64,000 nt of DNA. Origin: Candidatus Latescibacterota bacterium. Its GTDB lineage: Bacteria > Latescibacterota > UBA2968 > UBA8231. Where the stretch lies: contig OZ241889.1 of NCBI GenBank assembly GCA_965203355.1, positions 3,104,001 through 3,168,000 on the forward strand, read 5' to 3'. The translations under genes were made by a program, and so were the position numbers. Position 1 is the stretch's first letter; every line of letters starts with the position of its first letter. The notes below the pieces were generated by a model. It saw only the letters and a program-made list of their open reading frames with translations, was not told the origin of the DNA and did not search any database. Shown here piece after piece: positions 18,601 through 28,985 of this stretch.

Positions 18601-19467
18601 CTATCTATCGCCCGGAAGCTCCACATAATCAATGACCATTGGCTGCTCAAGCAGTCGCTCTAGTTCCACCAGATCCGCACGCCCCTCCGGCACACCCTGC
18701 GCTAGGCTCCCATTGGGATAGATTGTCACCGTAGTCATCACTTTCACAAACGCCTTTTCTGCCCTCGTCCGCGACACGTGAATGCCGTCCTTTGCAACAG
18801 CTATGCGAGAATGGGTCATGTATCCCTCGCCGATGATCTGAAAAAGAAGGGCCAATACGCCGGACTCTGGACGCGCTGTAATCCCCTCAATCTCGTCGTA
18901 AACAATCCAATCGCCAAAGTCCAGCAAGCGATAGGTAACCACCTGCCGATTAGTCAGCCTAATAGGCGGCGTTGACAGCGTATCTACGTACGAGTACCGG
19001 TCTGGTCGGCCCGGCCCTTCCTCCCACTTGAGCCGCACATTCACGGCCAGTTCTGGTATCGGCCCTTCCACCACCTCGCGGATGACCCGATCGAGCCGAT
19101 AGTCCACTTCCATATTCTGTTCGTAGCGATAATTTAGTAGGGCGTACTTTGGTACTGTATCTTCCGTCTGCCCGGTCACCGCCAAAAACGACCGAAACCA
19201 CTCCTCGTGCCTGATAAACAGGGGCAGTTCGTCTGGATCGCGTTCCCTAGCTTGTCGCACCAGAGAAAGCACCACTTCCGCCAACCACGCACCATTGGTC
19301 GTCGATGTTAGTTCATAAGCACCATAATGCTGCCGCATCGCCTCCAACACCTCCGACGGCCCCACCACATTATACGTTCCCTCTATGCCGGCCAGTGGAT
19401 CGGGCAGTAACAAAAAATAGAGGTGGACTGCAATCCTCGAACTCCCAAGGTATTGAAAGTTTTTCAT
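18601..19467 (-). CDS. Hypothetical protein
   Basis: Long ORF. The start is uncertain; ATG 19467 was chosen to avoid overlap with the divergent sulfatase. Confidence 0.55.
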   Translation of the reverse strand: MKNFQYLGSSRIAVHLYFLLLPDPLAGIEGTYNVVGPSEVLEAMRQHYGAYELTSTTNGAWLAEVVLSLVRQARERDPDELPLFIRHEEWFRSFLAVTGQTEDTVPKYALLNYRYEQNMEVDYRLDRVIREVVEGPIPELAVNVRLKWEEGPGRPDRYSYVDTLSTPPIRLTNRQVVTYRLLDFGDWIVYDEIEGITARPESGVLALLFQIIGEGYMTHSRIAVAKDGIHVSRTRAEKAFVKVMTTVTIYPNGSLAQGVPEGRADLVELERLLEQPMVIDYVELPGDR

Positions 19468-19669
19468 AATCCATATTCCGTCAGTAAGCTTCCTCGCGGA
19501 TCTCGCGGAAATTCTGGATGCCAATGGGTAGTCTGCGTTTGCGCCCGGGTGCGTCTTCGCTATCAAGATGGCCAAAATACCGAGCACCTCGAACTCGGTC
19601 AATGTTGACAGCCGCCCCTCGGCGCGAAGATATTGAGGCCATTCACCATTAAGCCGTAGGAGGCGCACC

Positions 19670-21007
19670 GTGTCCAACAAACCACCCAATGTCGTCCTCG
19701 TCTTCGCTGACCAATGGCGGGCCCAAGCCTTTGGCTACGCCGGCGACCCCAACGTGCAAACCCCCAATTTAGACGCGCTAGCGGGTCGTAGCGTCAACTG
19801 CACCCACGCGGTATCTGGCTGCTCGGTATGCTCACCGGCGCGGGCTTCGCTCCTAACCGGCCAATATCCCCTCGCGCACGGCGTCTTCGTCAACGACACA
19901 GCACTGGGGCAAGATGCCACGAGCCTGGCGCGGGCTTTCAGCGCCGGCGGCTACGACACGGCCTATATTGGCAAGTGGCACGTCAATGGCCGCGGCCGCT
20001 CCCGCTATATCCCGCCTGAGCGGCGGCAAGGCTTTGAGTACTGGAAGGTGCTCGAATGCACCCACGACTACAATCATTCGGCGTACTATGCCGGCAATTC
20101 GGACGAGCGGCTCATGTGGGAGGGCTACGACGCCTTGGCTCAGACCCGCGACGCCCAAGCATACCTGCGCAACCGCAAAGACAAACCCTTCTTACTGGTC
20201 CTATCGTGGGGACCCCCGCACGCCCCCTATCACACGGCCCCGGCCGCGTACCAAACCCGGTACGATCCAGCCGCTATCACCCTGCGACCTAACGTGCCAC
20301 CTGACTGGGCCGAGAACGCCCGGCAGTGGCTCGCTGGGTACTACGCCCATTGCACGGCCTTAGACGACTGCGTCGGCCTGTTGCTCCAGACCTTGCAGGA
20401 GGAAGGATTAGAGCAAGAGACGATCTTGCTGTTTTTTTCGGATCACGGCGACATGCTCGGTTCGCAGGGCATGGACAAAAAGCAAAAGCCCTACGAAGAA
20501 TCCATCCGCGTACCGTTCCTGTTGCGCTGTCCGGGGATGGGTGCCGCCGAGCTCGACGCGCCCATTGACCTGCCGGACATCATGCCGACCTTGTTGGGCC
20601 TATGCGGCCTACCGATTCCCCCCACCGTGGAAGGCATTGACTTTTCCGCGTACCTACGAGGGGGGCCCGATCCCTCGGACGGCGCCGCGCTCTTGCAGTG
20701 CCCCCAGCCCTTTGGTCAGTGGTGGACCGGCGTTGGCGGTCGCTCCTACCGGGGCCTGCGCACCCGCCGCCACACGTACGTGCGCGCCCTAGAGGGGCCG
20801 TGGCTGCTCTACGACAACGAGGCCGACCCTTTTCAGCAGGACAACCTCGTCGGACAGCCCGGCCAGCAGGGCTTGCTCGACGCATTAGACGCCCACCTAA
20901 CGCGCCGCCTCGCCGCAGCCGACGACCTCTTCCTCCCCGGCCCAGCCTATCTCAAACGCTGGGGGTACCAAGTAGACGCACGCGGCACGGTGCCCTATGA
21001 AGCGTGA
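19670..21007 (+). CDS. Sulfatase (S1, formylglycine-dependent)
   Basis: PNVVLVFADQ, CSPARASLLTG, GKWH, SDHG. AGGAGG RBS. Confidence 0.93.
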   Translation: MSNKPPNVVLVFADQWRAQAFGYAGDPNVQTPNLDALAGRSVNCTHAVSGCSVCSPARASLLTGQYPLAHGVFVNDTALGQDATSLARAFSAGGYDTAYIGKWHVNGRGRSRYIPPERRQGFEYWKVLECTHDYNHSAYYAGNSDERLMWEGYDALAQTRDAQAYLRNRKDKPFLLVLSWGPPHAPYHTAPAAYQTRYDPAAITLRPNVPPDWAENARQWLAGYYAHCTALDDCVGLLLQTLQEEGLEQETILLFFSDHGDMLGSQGMDKKQKPYEESIRVPFLLRCPGMGAAELDAPIDLPDIMPTLLGLCGLPIPPTVEGIDFSAYLRGGPDPSDGAALLQCPQPFGQWWTGVGGRSYRGLRTRRHTYVRALEGPWLLYDNEADPFQQDNLVGQPGQQGLLDALDAHLTRRLAAADDLFLPGPAYLKRWGYQVDARGTVPYEA

Positions 21008-21054
21008 AGCGCACGGCACCATTCCCCTATTCCAACCACTACAAAACGAGGTAT

Positions 21055-22125
21055 ATGAACATGCCCCAACGCTTTCGCCGCGCATCCCTCGCATCCTTGG
21101 TTCTCTTACTAACGGCTAGCTCGTCGTCGGACGGCGCGGCTTGTACGAGCGACGGACAGGTGCTGCAAGTCGGGTTCTACGCCTTTTTCGAGCCGGTCAG
21201 TTACAGCGCAGACCCCGAGCCAAGCAGCACCGGGTTCAACGAACATCGCGGGTACGAGGCAGACTTGCTGACGGCCTTAGAGGCCATGGACGGCGCGGGC
21301 CTGTCCTTTGCGCGCCGCGGCCTAGCCGAGTGGCCCGATATATGGCTCCAATCGGCCGGGCCGCAGTACGACTTGATCGGCGGCGGCATCACCATCCTCG
21401 ACATCCGCACCCGCAACGCGACTGGCGAACACGTCGTAAACTTCACGTCCGGCCACATCGCCTTCCGCCAATCGCTCCTGGTGCGGGCCGAAGACGCAGC
21501 GCGCCTAGCCACTCACCGCGACCTGACCCGTGCCGATCGGGTGGGCGTGTCGAGCAGCACCACAGGCGAGTTCCGCCTGCTAGTGCTAACCGGCCTCGTC
21601 AATGCCGATGGCATAATCGCCGCTGGTACGCGCATTGAGACCGCTTCGGGCGAGTTGGTGGCCGATGGCACGGCTGACTACACCATCACCGCGGCCGGCT
21701 CGTCGTCCAATCTCGCCGCCCGACTGCGGTTGGAGCCGGCCGCCGCCGACATACCGCAAGTGATTTACCTTCAAGAGACCGCTGGCGAAGTGGCGTGGCT
21801 AAACGCCCTCAGCACCGGTGCTATTGATGCGATCGCCCGCGGCGAAATCGGCAACCGCGACGCGAGCCGCGCTTCCAACGGCGCGTTTGTCGTCGTGGCC
21901 CTCGACGCCAGCAACGAAGAGCGCGGTGGATTTACGCTCTCGGTGGCGGACGCCGACCTAGCCTCCTGCATAGACGACAAACTCAACTATCTCACCGATC
22001 ATCAGAATATTGGCTACGTCGATTGGCACACCGATCCAACGATTTTCATGCAGCGTGCCCAGCAGTGGCGCCCGCCGACGGCTGTGGTCGAGACGGCGTG
22101 GGGCTGGATCAAGAGTCATTGGTAA
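21055..22125 (+). CDS. Amino-acid-type (family 3) solute-binding protein with C-terminal TAV...WGWIK tail
   Basis: Signal peptide; LQVGFYAFFEPVSY, GYEADLL, DLIGGGITI. GAGG RBS. Confidence 0.7.
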   Translation: MNMPQRFRRASLASLVLLLTASSSSDGAACTSDGQVLQVGFYAFFEPVSYSADPEPSSTGFNEHRGYEADLLTALEAMDGAGLSFARRGLAEWPDIWLQSAGPQYDLIGGGITILDIRTRNATGEHVVNFTSGHIAFRQSLLVRAEDAARLATHRDLTRADRVGVSSSTTGEFRLLVLTGLVNADGIIAAGTRIETASGELVADGTADYTITAAGSSSNLAARLRLEPAAADIPQVIYLQETAGEVAWLNALSTGAIDAIARGEIGNRDASRASNGAFVVVALDASNEERGGFTLSVADADLASCIDDKLNYLTDHQNIGYVDWHTDPTIFMQRAQQWRPPTAVVETAWGWIKSHW

Positions 22126-22158
22126 ATCGCAGCGCAACCCCTCACAAGGAGCACAATC

Positions 22159-23142
22159 ATGTATAGAGCTGGAGTCATTGGCTGCCGCGGCATTGGCGTC
22201 CAACACGCCACTGGGATTGTTGGGTCAGACCGCGCCTGCCTCGTGGCCGCTTGCGACCTCGACGAAGCGGCCCCCCGCGCGTTTGCACAGCACTGGCCGG
22301 ACGAAGATCTGGCCCTATATAGCGATCCCCGCGAGATGCTGGCTGGCGCATCGCTGGACATTGTCACCGTCGCCACCTCGGACCACCGCCACGCCGACCT
22401 AGTCGTCGATGCGGCCAACGCCGGGGCCAAGGGCATCTTCTGCGAAAAGCCGCTGGCCACCAACCTCGCAGACGCCGACCGCATGATCGCCGCTTGCAAT
22501 GCCAACACCACCACCTTGTCGGTCGATCACACCCGGCGCTTCATCCCTTTGTGGCGACACGCCAAAGAGGCGATCGTCGATCAAGGCATCATCGGCCCGG
22601 TGCAATACGTCGTCGGCACACTCTCCGGCCCCCGCGCCATGCTCTTCCGCAACGGCACCCACACCCTCGACGCTATCTGCTACTACGCCGGCACACAGCC
22701 CGAGTGGGTAGTGGCCGAGTTGGAGGAAGGCTACGCGGACTACGCCGAGTATCGCGGCGATGGTGGCCATGTGCCAGCCACCGAGCCAGGGGCCAACGGG
22801 TACATCCATTTTGCCGGAGGAGTGCGGGGCTTCTATATCGGCGGCTCCAAGACCACGCCAGCACCCAAGCAGCAAATCGAAGTAGTCGGCACCACCGGAC
22901 GCCTACTTTTAGGCAACAAAGGCATCCTATATCGCGGCGAAGAGCCCGAACCCCTCGTGCCGCCTTCTTGGCCGCTCGAGGGCATCCCGGCCGGCATCCA
23001 CGAATTGATCGCCGCGATGGACCAAGGGGTCGAGTCGGTTTCGCCGGGCCGGGCTGGCCACCTCGTGGTGGAGTTGATCATCGGGTTTTTAGAATCGCAA
23101 AAACAAGGCAACGTGCCGGTGCCTATTCCGATGCCGAGGTAG
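22159..23142 (+). CDS. Gfo/Idh/MocA family oxidoreductase
   Basis: GVIGCRGIG, CEKPLA, NGTHTLD. Confidence 0.9.
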   Translation: MYRAGVIGCRGIGVQHATGIVGSDRACLVAACDLDEAAPRAFAQHWPDEDLALYSDPREMLAGASLDIVTVATSDHRHADLVVDAANAGAKGIFCEKPLATNLADADRMIAACNANTTTLSVDHTRRFIPLWRHAKEAIVDQGIIGPVQYVVGTLSGPRAMLFRNGTHTLDAICYYAGTQPEWVVAELEEGYADYAEYRGDGGHVPATEPGANGYIHFAGGVRGFYIGGSKTTPAPKQQIEVVGTTGRLLLGNKGILYRGEEPEPLVPPSWPLEGIPAGIHELIAAMDQGVESVSPGRAGHLVVELIIGFLESQKQGNVPVPIPMPR

Positions 23143-23438
23143 TTTTTCGTCTGCCGCGGAAACTAGTCGGCAAGACAAGATACGTACCTTTGATTACCAG
23201 CCATCTGGACCAAATGTGAAGCTACACCGATGGCCATCCCGCGGGTGCTTGCGGTGGTTTGACGACGCGAACGCTTCGTGGTTACATTCTGCCTCTAGGC
23301 TCTTGGTTATATTCATCTCAACTATATGACTTATACACGAACGATTTGGGCGTCAGACGGTCCCTCTTGCGCGAGGTATTCGGGTTAGTGGAGTTCGAGA
23401 GCATCAACATTGCGATCGTCAATCCTTAGGATGGCGGC

Positions 23439-25568
23439 ATGACCAAGACGACCGAGGCCTCTGCCCGCGTCAATATCGACGCCCTGCTCCAAGACGCGGA
23501 CTGGAACTTGACTGACTGTGTAAGCGTACTGTTCGAGTACGCACTGCCCGACGGAACGCTGGCCGATTACGTGCTCTGCGATCGGCAGGGCCGCCCCATG
23601 GCGGTGTTGGAAGCCAAGCGCGCAAGCACCGATCCGATCACGGCCCAAGACCAGGGTAAGCACTACGCCGAACAGCTCGGTGTGCCGTTCGTGTTTCTGT
23701 CGAACGGCGAGGAAGTGTGGTTCCTCAACCGCGAGACCGATGCACACGCGCGCAAGATCGCGGGCGTCTATGCCCAAGACGATCTTGCGCGGCGGATCGC
23801 CGTACGTCAGAACCGCCGCGCACTGTCAACGGTCATCATTGACCGGAAGATCGTCGACCGCGATTACCAGATCGAATGCATCGAGGCACTTTCCGCCGAG
23901 GTCTCGCACGGGCGGCGCAAGCTGCTGGTCGAGATGGCGACGGGAACCGGCAAGACACGCACGGCGGCGGCGTTCATCAAGCGGCTGTTCGAAGCGGGGA
24001 TCGTCACTCGCGTCCTGTTCTTGGTCGATCGGATCGCGCTGGCCCGGCAGGCCGAGGATGCGTTCACCGACCATCTCCGAGACTATCCCTGTCACGTGTT
24101 GCGGCCCGGCCGCGGCTTTGACCGCGCCAAACGCATCGCGATTGCGACCCTACAGACCATGATCGCGGAGTACCGCACTCTTTCGCCGGGCTATTTCGAT
24201 CTCGTAATAACCGACGAATGCCACCGCTCGATCTACGGCAAGTGGAGTGGCGTACTACGACACTTCGACTCCATCCAGCTCGGCCTCACAGCAACACCCT
24301 GCACGGCGGATACCGACGCGCTCCTCGATCCCGAGGACGGGCGGTTCGTGCGCGACACGTTGCGCTTCTTCGAACTCGCCGAACCCACCTTCCGCTACAC
24401 GCTAGGCCGGGCCATCAAGGAAGGCCATCTAGTGCCCTACCACATATACAAAGCGATGACGGTAAAGACCGCCGCCGAAGGCGGGTTTGAAGTCAGGCGC
24501 GAGGAACTCGACTGGAGCGCGATGGACGGACAGACGCGGGAGGAATTCGAGGATCTGTTTTCTAACTCGGCCGCGATAACAGTCGATCCGCAGGCATTGG
24601 AACGCAAGTTCACGATTCCCGAACGTAACCGTGCCATGGTGCGCGAGTTCCGCGATGTACACGAGAAGGGTTTCATGGGCCGGGACGGCATCAGGCACTG
24701 GCCTGCATGGGGCAAGACCATCGTGTTCGCGGTGACCCGGCGTCATGCCGAGACCCTTGCGGTGATGTTCGACGAACACTTCGCGGACCGGAAGCCTCAC
24801 CCGATGACGCGCTATGCGGACTTCGTGGTCAGCGATGTAGGCGGCGGTCCCGCTCCCGACGCAAGTGCCATAATCAAGCGATTCAAGGAAGAGGAATATC
24901 CGAAGATACTCGTCAGCGTGAACATGCTTGATACCGGTTTCGATTGCCCGGAAGTCGTGAACCTCGTCATGGCGCGGTTCACGCGAAGCACCATCCTCTA
25001 CCGGCAAATGCGCGGGCGCGGTACACGCAAGGCGGCACACATCGGCAAGACGGGATTCACTATCTTCGACTTCGTCGGGGTAACGGACTTTCACGGCGAT
25101 GACCATGGAGATATAGCCCTCGGAGAACAGAGAGAATCCTACAAAACGGACAGGCCGCGTATGCTACTGACGCTCAACGTGGACGATCATATTGACCCGG
25201 AGAGCCGCGACTGGCTGACGCTCGACGAGACCGGACGCATCATCCGCTCTCCCGAACACGAGGCGTGTGCCGCCGAGATTGGCGTACGTTTCGAGTCGTG
25301 GCGTGGAGGGCATGGCGAGTTCGACGCGGAGCAGGCCCGCTGGGCCGGGCTGATCGGAAGCCGGATGCGGGCCGACGCGACGAGCATGGATGCTTTCGGT
25401 GTATGGAGCTTCGACGAACACCCCTTTGCCGCCCTCGGCGGCTACGATCAGGCGCGGCGCGTGTTCGGCGGTGAGGGAGCACTCGGCAAGCTGATCGCTG
25501 GAATCAACGCCGCGGTGTTCAGACAACAGCAGACAACCAGCCGGGCCGACAGCGCCGAGGAGCGATAG
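23439..25568 (+). CDS. hsdR: Type I restriction endonuclease subunit R (EcoAI/EcoEI-like)
   Basis: ADYVL...VLEAKR nuclease motif, MATGTGKT, DECH, LTATP, QMRGRGTR. Confidence 0.9.
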   Translation: MTKTTEASARVNIDALLQDADWNLTDCVSVLFEYALPDGTLADYVLCDRQGRPMAVLEAKRASTDPITAQDQGKHYAEQLGVPFVFLSNGEEVWFLNRETDAHARKIAGVYAQDDLARRIAVRQNRRALSTVIIDRKIVDRDYQIECIEALSAEVSHGRRKLLVEMATGTGKTRTAAAFIKRLFEAGIVTRVLFLVDRIALARQAEDAFTDHLRDYPCHVLRPGRGFDRAKRIAIATLQTMIAEYRTLSPGYFDLVITDECHRSIYGKWSGVLRHFDSIQLGLTATPCTADTDALLDPEDGRFVRDTLRFFELAEPTFRYTLGRAIKEGHLVPYHIYKAMTVKTAAEGGFEVRREELDWSAMDGQTREEFEDLFSNSAAITVDPQALERKFTIPERNRAMVREFRDVHEKGFMGRDGIRHWPAWGKTIVFAVTRRHAETLAVMFDEHFADRKPHPMTRYADFVVSDVGGGPAPDASAIIKRFKEEEYPKILVSVNMLDTGFDCPEVVNLVMARFTRSTILYRQMRGRGTRKAAHIGKTGFTIFDFVGVTDFHGDDHGDIALGEQRESYKTDRPRMLLTLNVDDHIDPESRDWLTLDETGRIIRSPEHEACAAEIGVRFESWRGGHGEFDAEQARWAGLIGSRMRADATSMDAFGVWSFDEHPFAALGGYDQARRVFGGEGALGKLIAGINAAVFRQQQTTSRADSAEER

Positions 25569-25572
25569 CACC

Positions 25573-27204
25573 ATGCCCATGACCCCAGAACTCCGGCGCG
25601 GCATCGACCGCATTCGCGATTATCTCTTCGGCGGCGGCTACCCGAACCCAGCCCAGAACGCCGAGCAGCTCAGCTTCCTGATCTACTTTTATATGTATGA
25701 GACGGCCGACGCGGCGCGGGTGCGGGCGGCGCAACGGCCGGGTGCCGCCCCGTATGCCAGCACCTTCGAGGGCGAATGGACACTGCGCGACCCGCGCAAC
25801 GCCCCGAGCCACGGCACGAGGGCCGTGTCCCGCGAACTCCTGCGCTGGTCGTCCTATGCACAAGCACTGAACGGCGAGCGGCTGGTCAACTGGGTACGGG
25901 AGGAGGTCTTTGCGTTCCATGCCGAACTCGCGGCAAACGGCATCACCGACTTCATGGACGGTGCCCGCTTGGTGATCGACGAGCCGACCGTGCTCACTCA
26001 GGTCATCAGCCAGTTGAACAACCTGCATCTCCACCGAGTGGACGCCGACACGAAGGGCGATCTGTTTGAGCACGTACTGCGCCAGATCAGGCAGGCGGGT
26101 GAGCTCGGTCAGTTTCGCACACCGCGCCATGTCATCCGTGCCTTGATTCGGCTGGTCGATCCGAGGATTGGCGAGACGATCTTCGATCCGGCGGCGGGCA
26201 CGGCGGGCTTCCTGGTCGGCGCGTGGGACCACATCCGTCTCGCCAATTCGTCTCCCGCTGGGATCGAGGAGGTCGAGGCCGACGGCAAGACCGTGCGGCG
26301 CGGCCTCGGTGACACGTTGAGTCGCGATGCGGTCAAGCAGTTGCAGGAGGCGACCTTTCACGGCGCGGACGTGGACCCGCAAATGGTCCGCCTCGCAACC
26401 ATGAACCTCACTCTGCGCGGGCTGGACCGGGTGCGCATCCTGCGGCGCGACGCGCTCACCCGCTCTCTCGACCGCCCGGCCAAGGCGGAGCTCGGCCTGC
26501 CGCCGGACGGGTTCGACGTCATCCTCGCCAATCCGCCATTCTCCGGGCGGCTGGACCGCGACCGCATCGTCGAGGCGGTGAAGGTCGGGCGCACGGCGCA
26601 GACCGAACTGCTGTTCCTGCAATACATGCTCAACCATCTGAAGGAGGGCGGACGCTGCGGCGTGGTGGTGCCGGAAGGCGTACTGTTCGGTTCCACCGCA
26701 GCGCACAGGGAGCTGCGCCGAAGGCTGATCGAGAACAACCGGGTGGAGGCAGTACTCTCGCTGCCGGGCGGCGTATTCAATCCCTATACCGGCGTCAAGA
26801 CCTCGGTGCTGGTGTTTCGCAAGGGTGGGACGACCGAGCGGGTGATGTTCCTCCACGCCGAGAACGACGGCTTCAAGCTCGATGCCAACCACGACCAGCC
26901 CATTGACGAGGACGACCTGCCCGGCCTGGTCGAGGCTTTCCGCGAGCGGGACGCACGATGGACGGCGTGGCGCGACCCCGACCCCGACGAGAACTGGGGC
27001 GAAAACTGGTGGTTCGCCGAGGCCGACGCCATCCGCGCCGCCGACTTCAACTTGAGCGCTAACTGGCACAGGCCGCTGAACAGGGCGAAGGTCGAGCACC
27101 GCGACCCGCTGGAGATTCTCAAGGAACTGCAAGGCATCGAGATGCAAATCCTCGGGGAGATCGACGAACTGGCCGAGGCGGTGCGGGGAGCAGTGGGGGA
27201 ATGA
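25573..27204 (+). CDS. hsdM: Type I RM N6-adenine methyltransferase subunit M
   Basis: GQFRTPRH, DPAAGTAGFL, NPPF, VPEGVLFG. Confidence 0.93.
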   Translation: MPMTPELRRGIDRIRDYLFGGGYPNPAQNAEQLSFLIYFYMYETADAARVRAAQRPGAAPYASTFEGEWTLRDPRNAPSHGTRAVSRELLRWSSYAQALNGERLVNWVREEVFAFHAELAANGITDFMDGARLVIDEPTVLTQVISQLNNLHLHRVDADTKGDLFEHVLRQIRQAGELGQFRTPRHVIRALIRLVDPRIGETIFDPAAGTAGFLVGAWDHIRLANSSPAGIEEVEADGKTVRRGLGDTLSRDAVKQLQEATFHGADVDPQMVRLATMNLTLRGLDRVRILRRDALTRSLDRPAKAELGLPPDGFDVILANPPFSGRLDRDRIVEAVKVGRTAQTELLFLQYMLNHLKEGGRCGVVVPEGVLFGSTAAHRELRRRLIENNRVEAVLSLPGGVFNPYTGVKTSVLVFRKGGTTERVMFLHAENDGFKLDANHDQPIDEDDLPGLVEAFRERDARWTAWRDPDPDENWGENWWFAEADAIRAADFNLSANWHRPLNRAKVEHRDPLEILKELQGIEMQILGEIDELAEAVRGAVGE

Positions 27205-28358
27205 GCTTCCCCGTCGTGCAATTGGGCGATCTCTGCGAGATGGATCGCCAAGGACTTGGCCCAGACGACTGCGCGGCGGCGGGACTTCCCTACGTCGGTG
27301 TCGAGAATGTCGAGTCGCACAATGGCACCATCAATTTCGCCAACGGATCGCGCGTCGGAAGCCAAAGGAGCACGACTTTCCAATTCGACGAGCGTCATAT
27401 CCTCTATGCAAAGCTCCGACCTTATCTGAACAAAGTCGCAACTCCAGATTTTTCGGGCAGATGCTCGACCGAGTTGGTTCCACTTCTCCCTCGGGACGGT
27501 ATCGATCGCGAGTTCATTGCGTATCTTCTTCGGCGAAACCAGACCGTCGAATATGTCATGGCGTCGGTAACCGGTTCCCGAATGCCGCGAACAGACATGA
27601 AAGTGCTGATGTCGCTACCGGTGTCCCTCCCCCCGCTCGACGAGCAGCGGCGGATCGTCGGCATCCTGAACCGGGCGGCGCGGATCGAGCGGCTGCGAAA
27701 GCAAGCGCAGGCGTTGATGCGGGAATTCACACCGGCATTGTTCGTGAAGATTTTCGGAGACCCGGCCACGAACCCGATGAGGTGGGACAAACAAAAACTT
27801 GGAGAAGTGTGCTTCGAAACCGAGCAACGCGATCCCGGAAAGAATCCTGCAAAGGAATTTCGGTACGTGGATATTTCCGGAATTGACAATGTCAGTAAGA
27901 AGATCAATGAGTTTCGCTTGATTCTCGGATCAGAAGCTCCGAGTCGCGCCCGGAAGGAAGTTAGAAGAAATGACGTACTCGTATCCTCCGTAAGACCGAA
28001 CCTCAACGCGGTTGCCATTGTTCCAGATCACTTGGATGATGGAATCGCGTCTACAGGGTTTTGCATATTGCGGGCTGACCGGAAAATCTTGGATCCCCTT
28101 TATCTGTTCCTGTACGTTACATCTGCCCATTTCATCGACATTATGGTCTCGAAAGCCCGGGGCGCAAACTATCCAGCTGTGTCCGACAAAGACATTAAGG
28201 ATATTCAAATCCCTTTACCGCCACTTCATATACAAAGACGTTTTTCGGACATTGCGGAAGCAGCGCAAAACGCTGTAGAGCGTATTGAGCTTGGCGACCG
28301 AACTGCCGCAGCATTGAGTGCCTCTCTCATGTCTCGTCTTTTGGAAGATGCGATATGA
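27201..28358 (+). CDS. hsdS: Type I RM specificity subunit S
   Basis: Two TRDs (KLRPYLNK, VRPNLNA) with conserved LPPLDEQRRIV / LPPLHIQRRF spacers. ATGA overlap with hsdM. Confidence 0.93.
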   Translation: MSFPVVQLGDLCEMDRQGLGPDDCAAAGLPYVGVENVESHNGTINFANGSRVGSQRSTTFQFDERHILYAKLRPYLNKVATPDFSGRCSTELVPLLPRDGIDREFIAYLLRRNQTVEYVMASVTGSRMPRTDMKVLMSLPVSLPPLDEQRRIVGILNRAARIERLRKQAQALMREFTPALFVKIFGDPATNPMRWDKQKLGEVCFETEQRDPGKNPAKEFRYVDISGIDNVSKKINEFRLILGSEAPSRARKEVRRNDVLVSSVRPNLNAVAIVPDHLDDGIASTGFCILRADRKILDPLYLFLYVTSAHFIDIMVSKARGANYPAVSDKDIKDIQIPLPPLHIQRRFSDIAEAAQNAVERIELGDRTAAALSASLMSRLLEDAI

Positions 28359-28460
28359 CCGACATCGTGAGCAGCAAGCGATGGGCACTTCGTCATTCCC
28401 GCCTACGTGTTCGATCTGGTCAACGCCTTGCTTGTGCCCAAAGGGGTCGATTCAGTTTTA

Positions 28461-28985
28461 TCAGTCATCTGGATACTCCCTATCTGTATCAATCAAGTCC
28501 AGCCGCGTGGAAATCTCTTGCTGAGGCAGGAAGACCGTGCTGTCCGCTTGCCAGACTTTGAGGGCTTGAGTCAGTAGCGATTTATCACAGACCCCCTTGG
28601 CGGCGAGTTCGTCAATAACCCAAAGCACACCGTGTACACGAATTCCATTTTCGGCAGCGACTCTACGCAGTAAAGCGTCGCCGGTAAGCAGGATGCTAGG
28701 GTAAACTCGTGCAGTAACAAGACAGAAGCAGTCATTGGCAGAGAGGCGCGGATAGTGCTCCTTGAGTACGAGGGCTTGACCGACCTCAGCCGGTATCAGA
28801 TCATGCGTGATCATGCCGGCGTCGTCGAGCATTTGCCACTGGCTCTCGGAAAAGTCGAGTATTTCGAACTCGCGCACGGGCAATGGAACCACGAAGCGAT
28901 AGGGTAGATCGCATAGCACGGGCAATAGACCACCTTTGCGGAGGTCAATCAGACAGGAAGCATCGTTGACGATGATGCACGTCAC
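28461..28985 (-). CDS. PIN-domain (VapC-like) protein
   Basis: IIVNDASCLIDL, LSANDCFCL and LLTGDALLRR acidic motifs. The GTG start overlaps the upstream stop (GTGA). Confidence 0.8.
   Translation of the reverse strand: MTCIIVNDASCLIDLRKGGLLPVLCDLPYRFVVPLPVREFEILDFSESQWQMLDDAGMITHDLIPAEVGQALVLKEHYPRLSANDCFCLVTARVYPSILLTGDALLRRVAAENGIRVHGVLWVIDELAAKGVCDKSLLTQALKVWQADSTVFLPQQEISTRLDLIDTDREYPDD

Noticed and set aside
25519-27147. 542-aa antisense ORF over hsdM, and many similar shadow ORFs across the window
   Set aside because: These are typical high-GC antisense open frames with no recognisable motifs.
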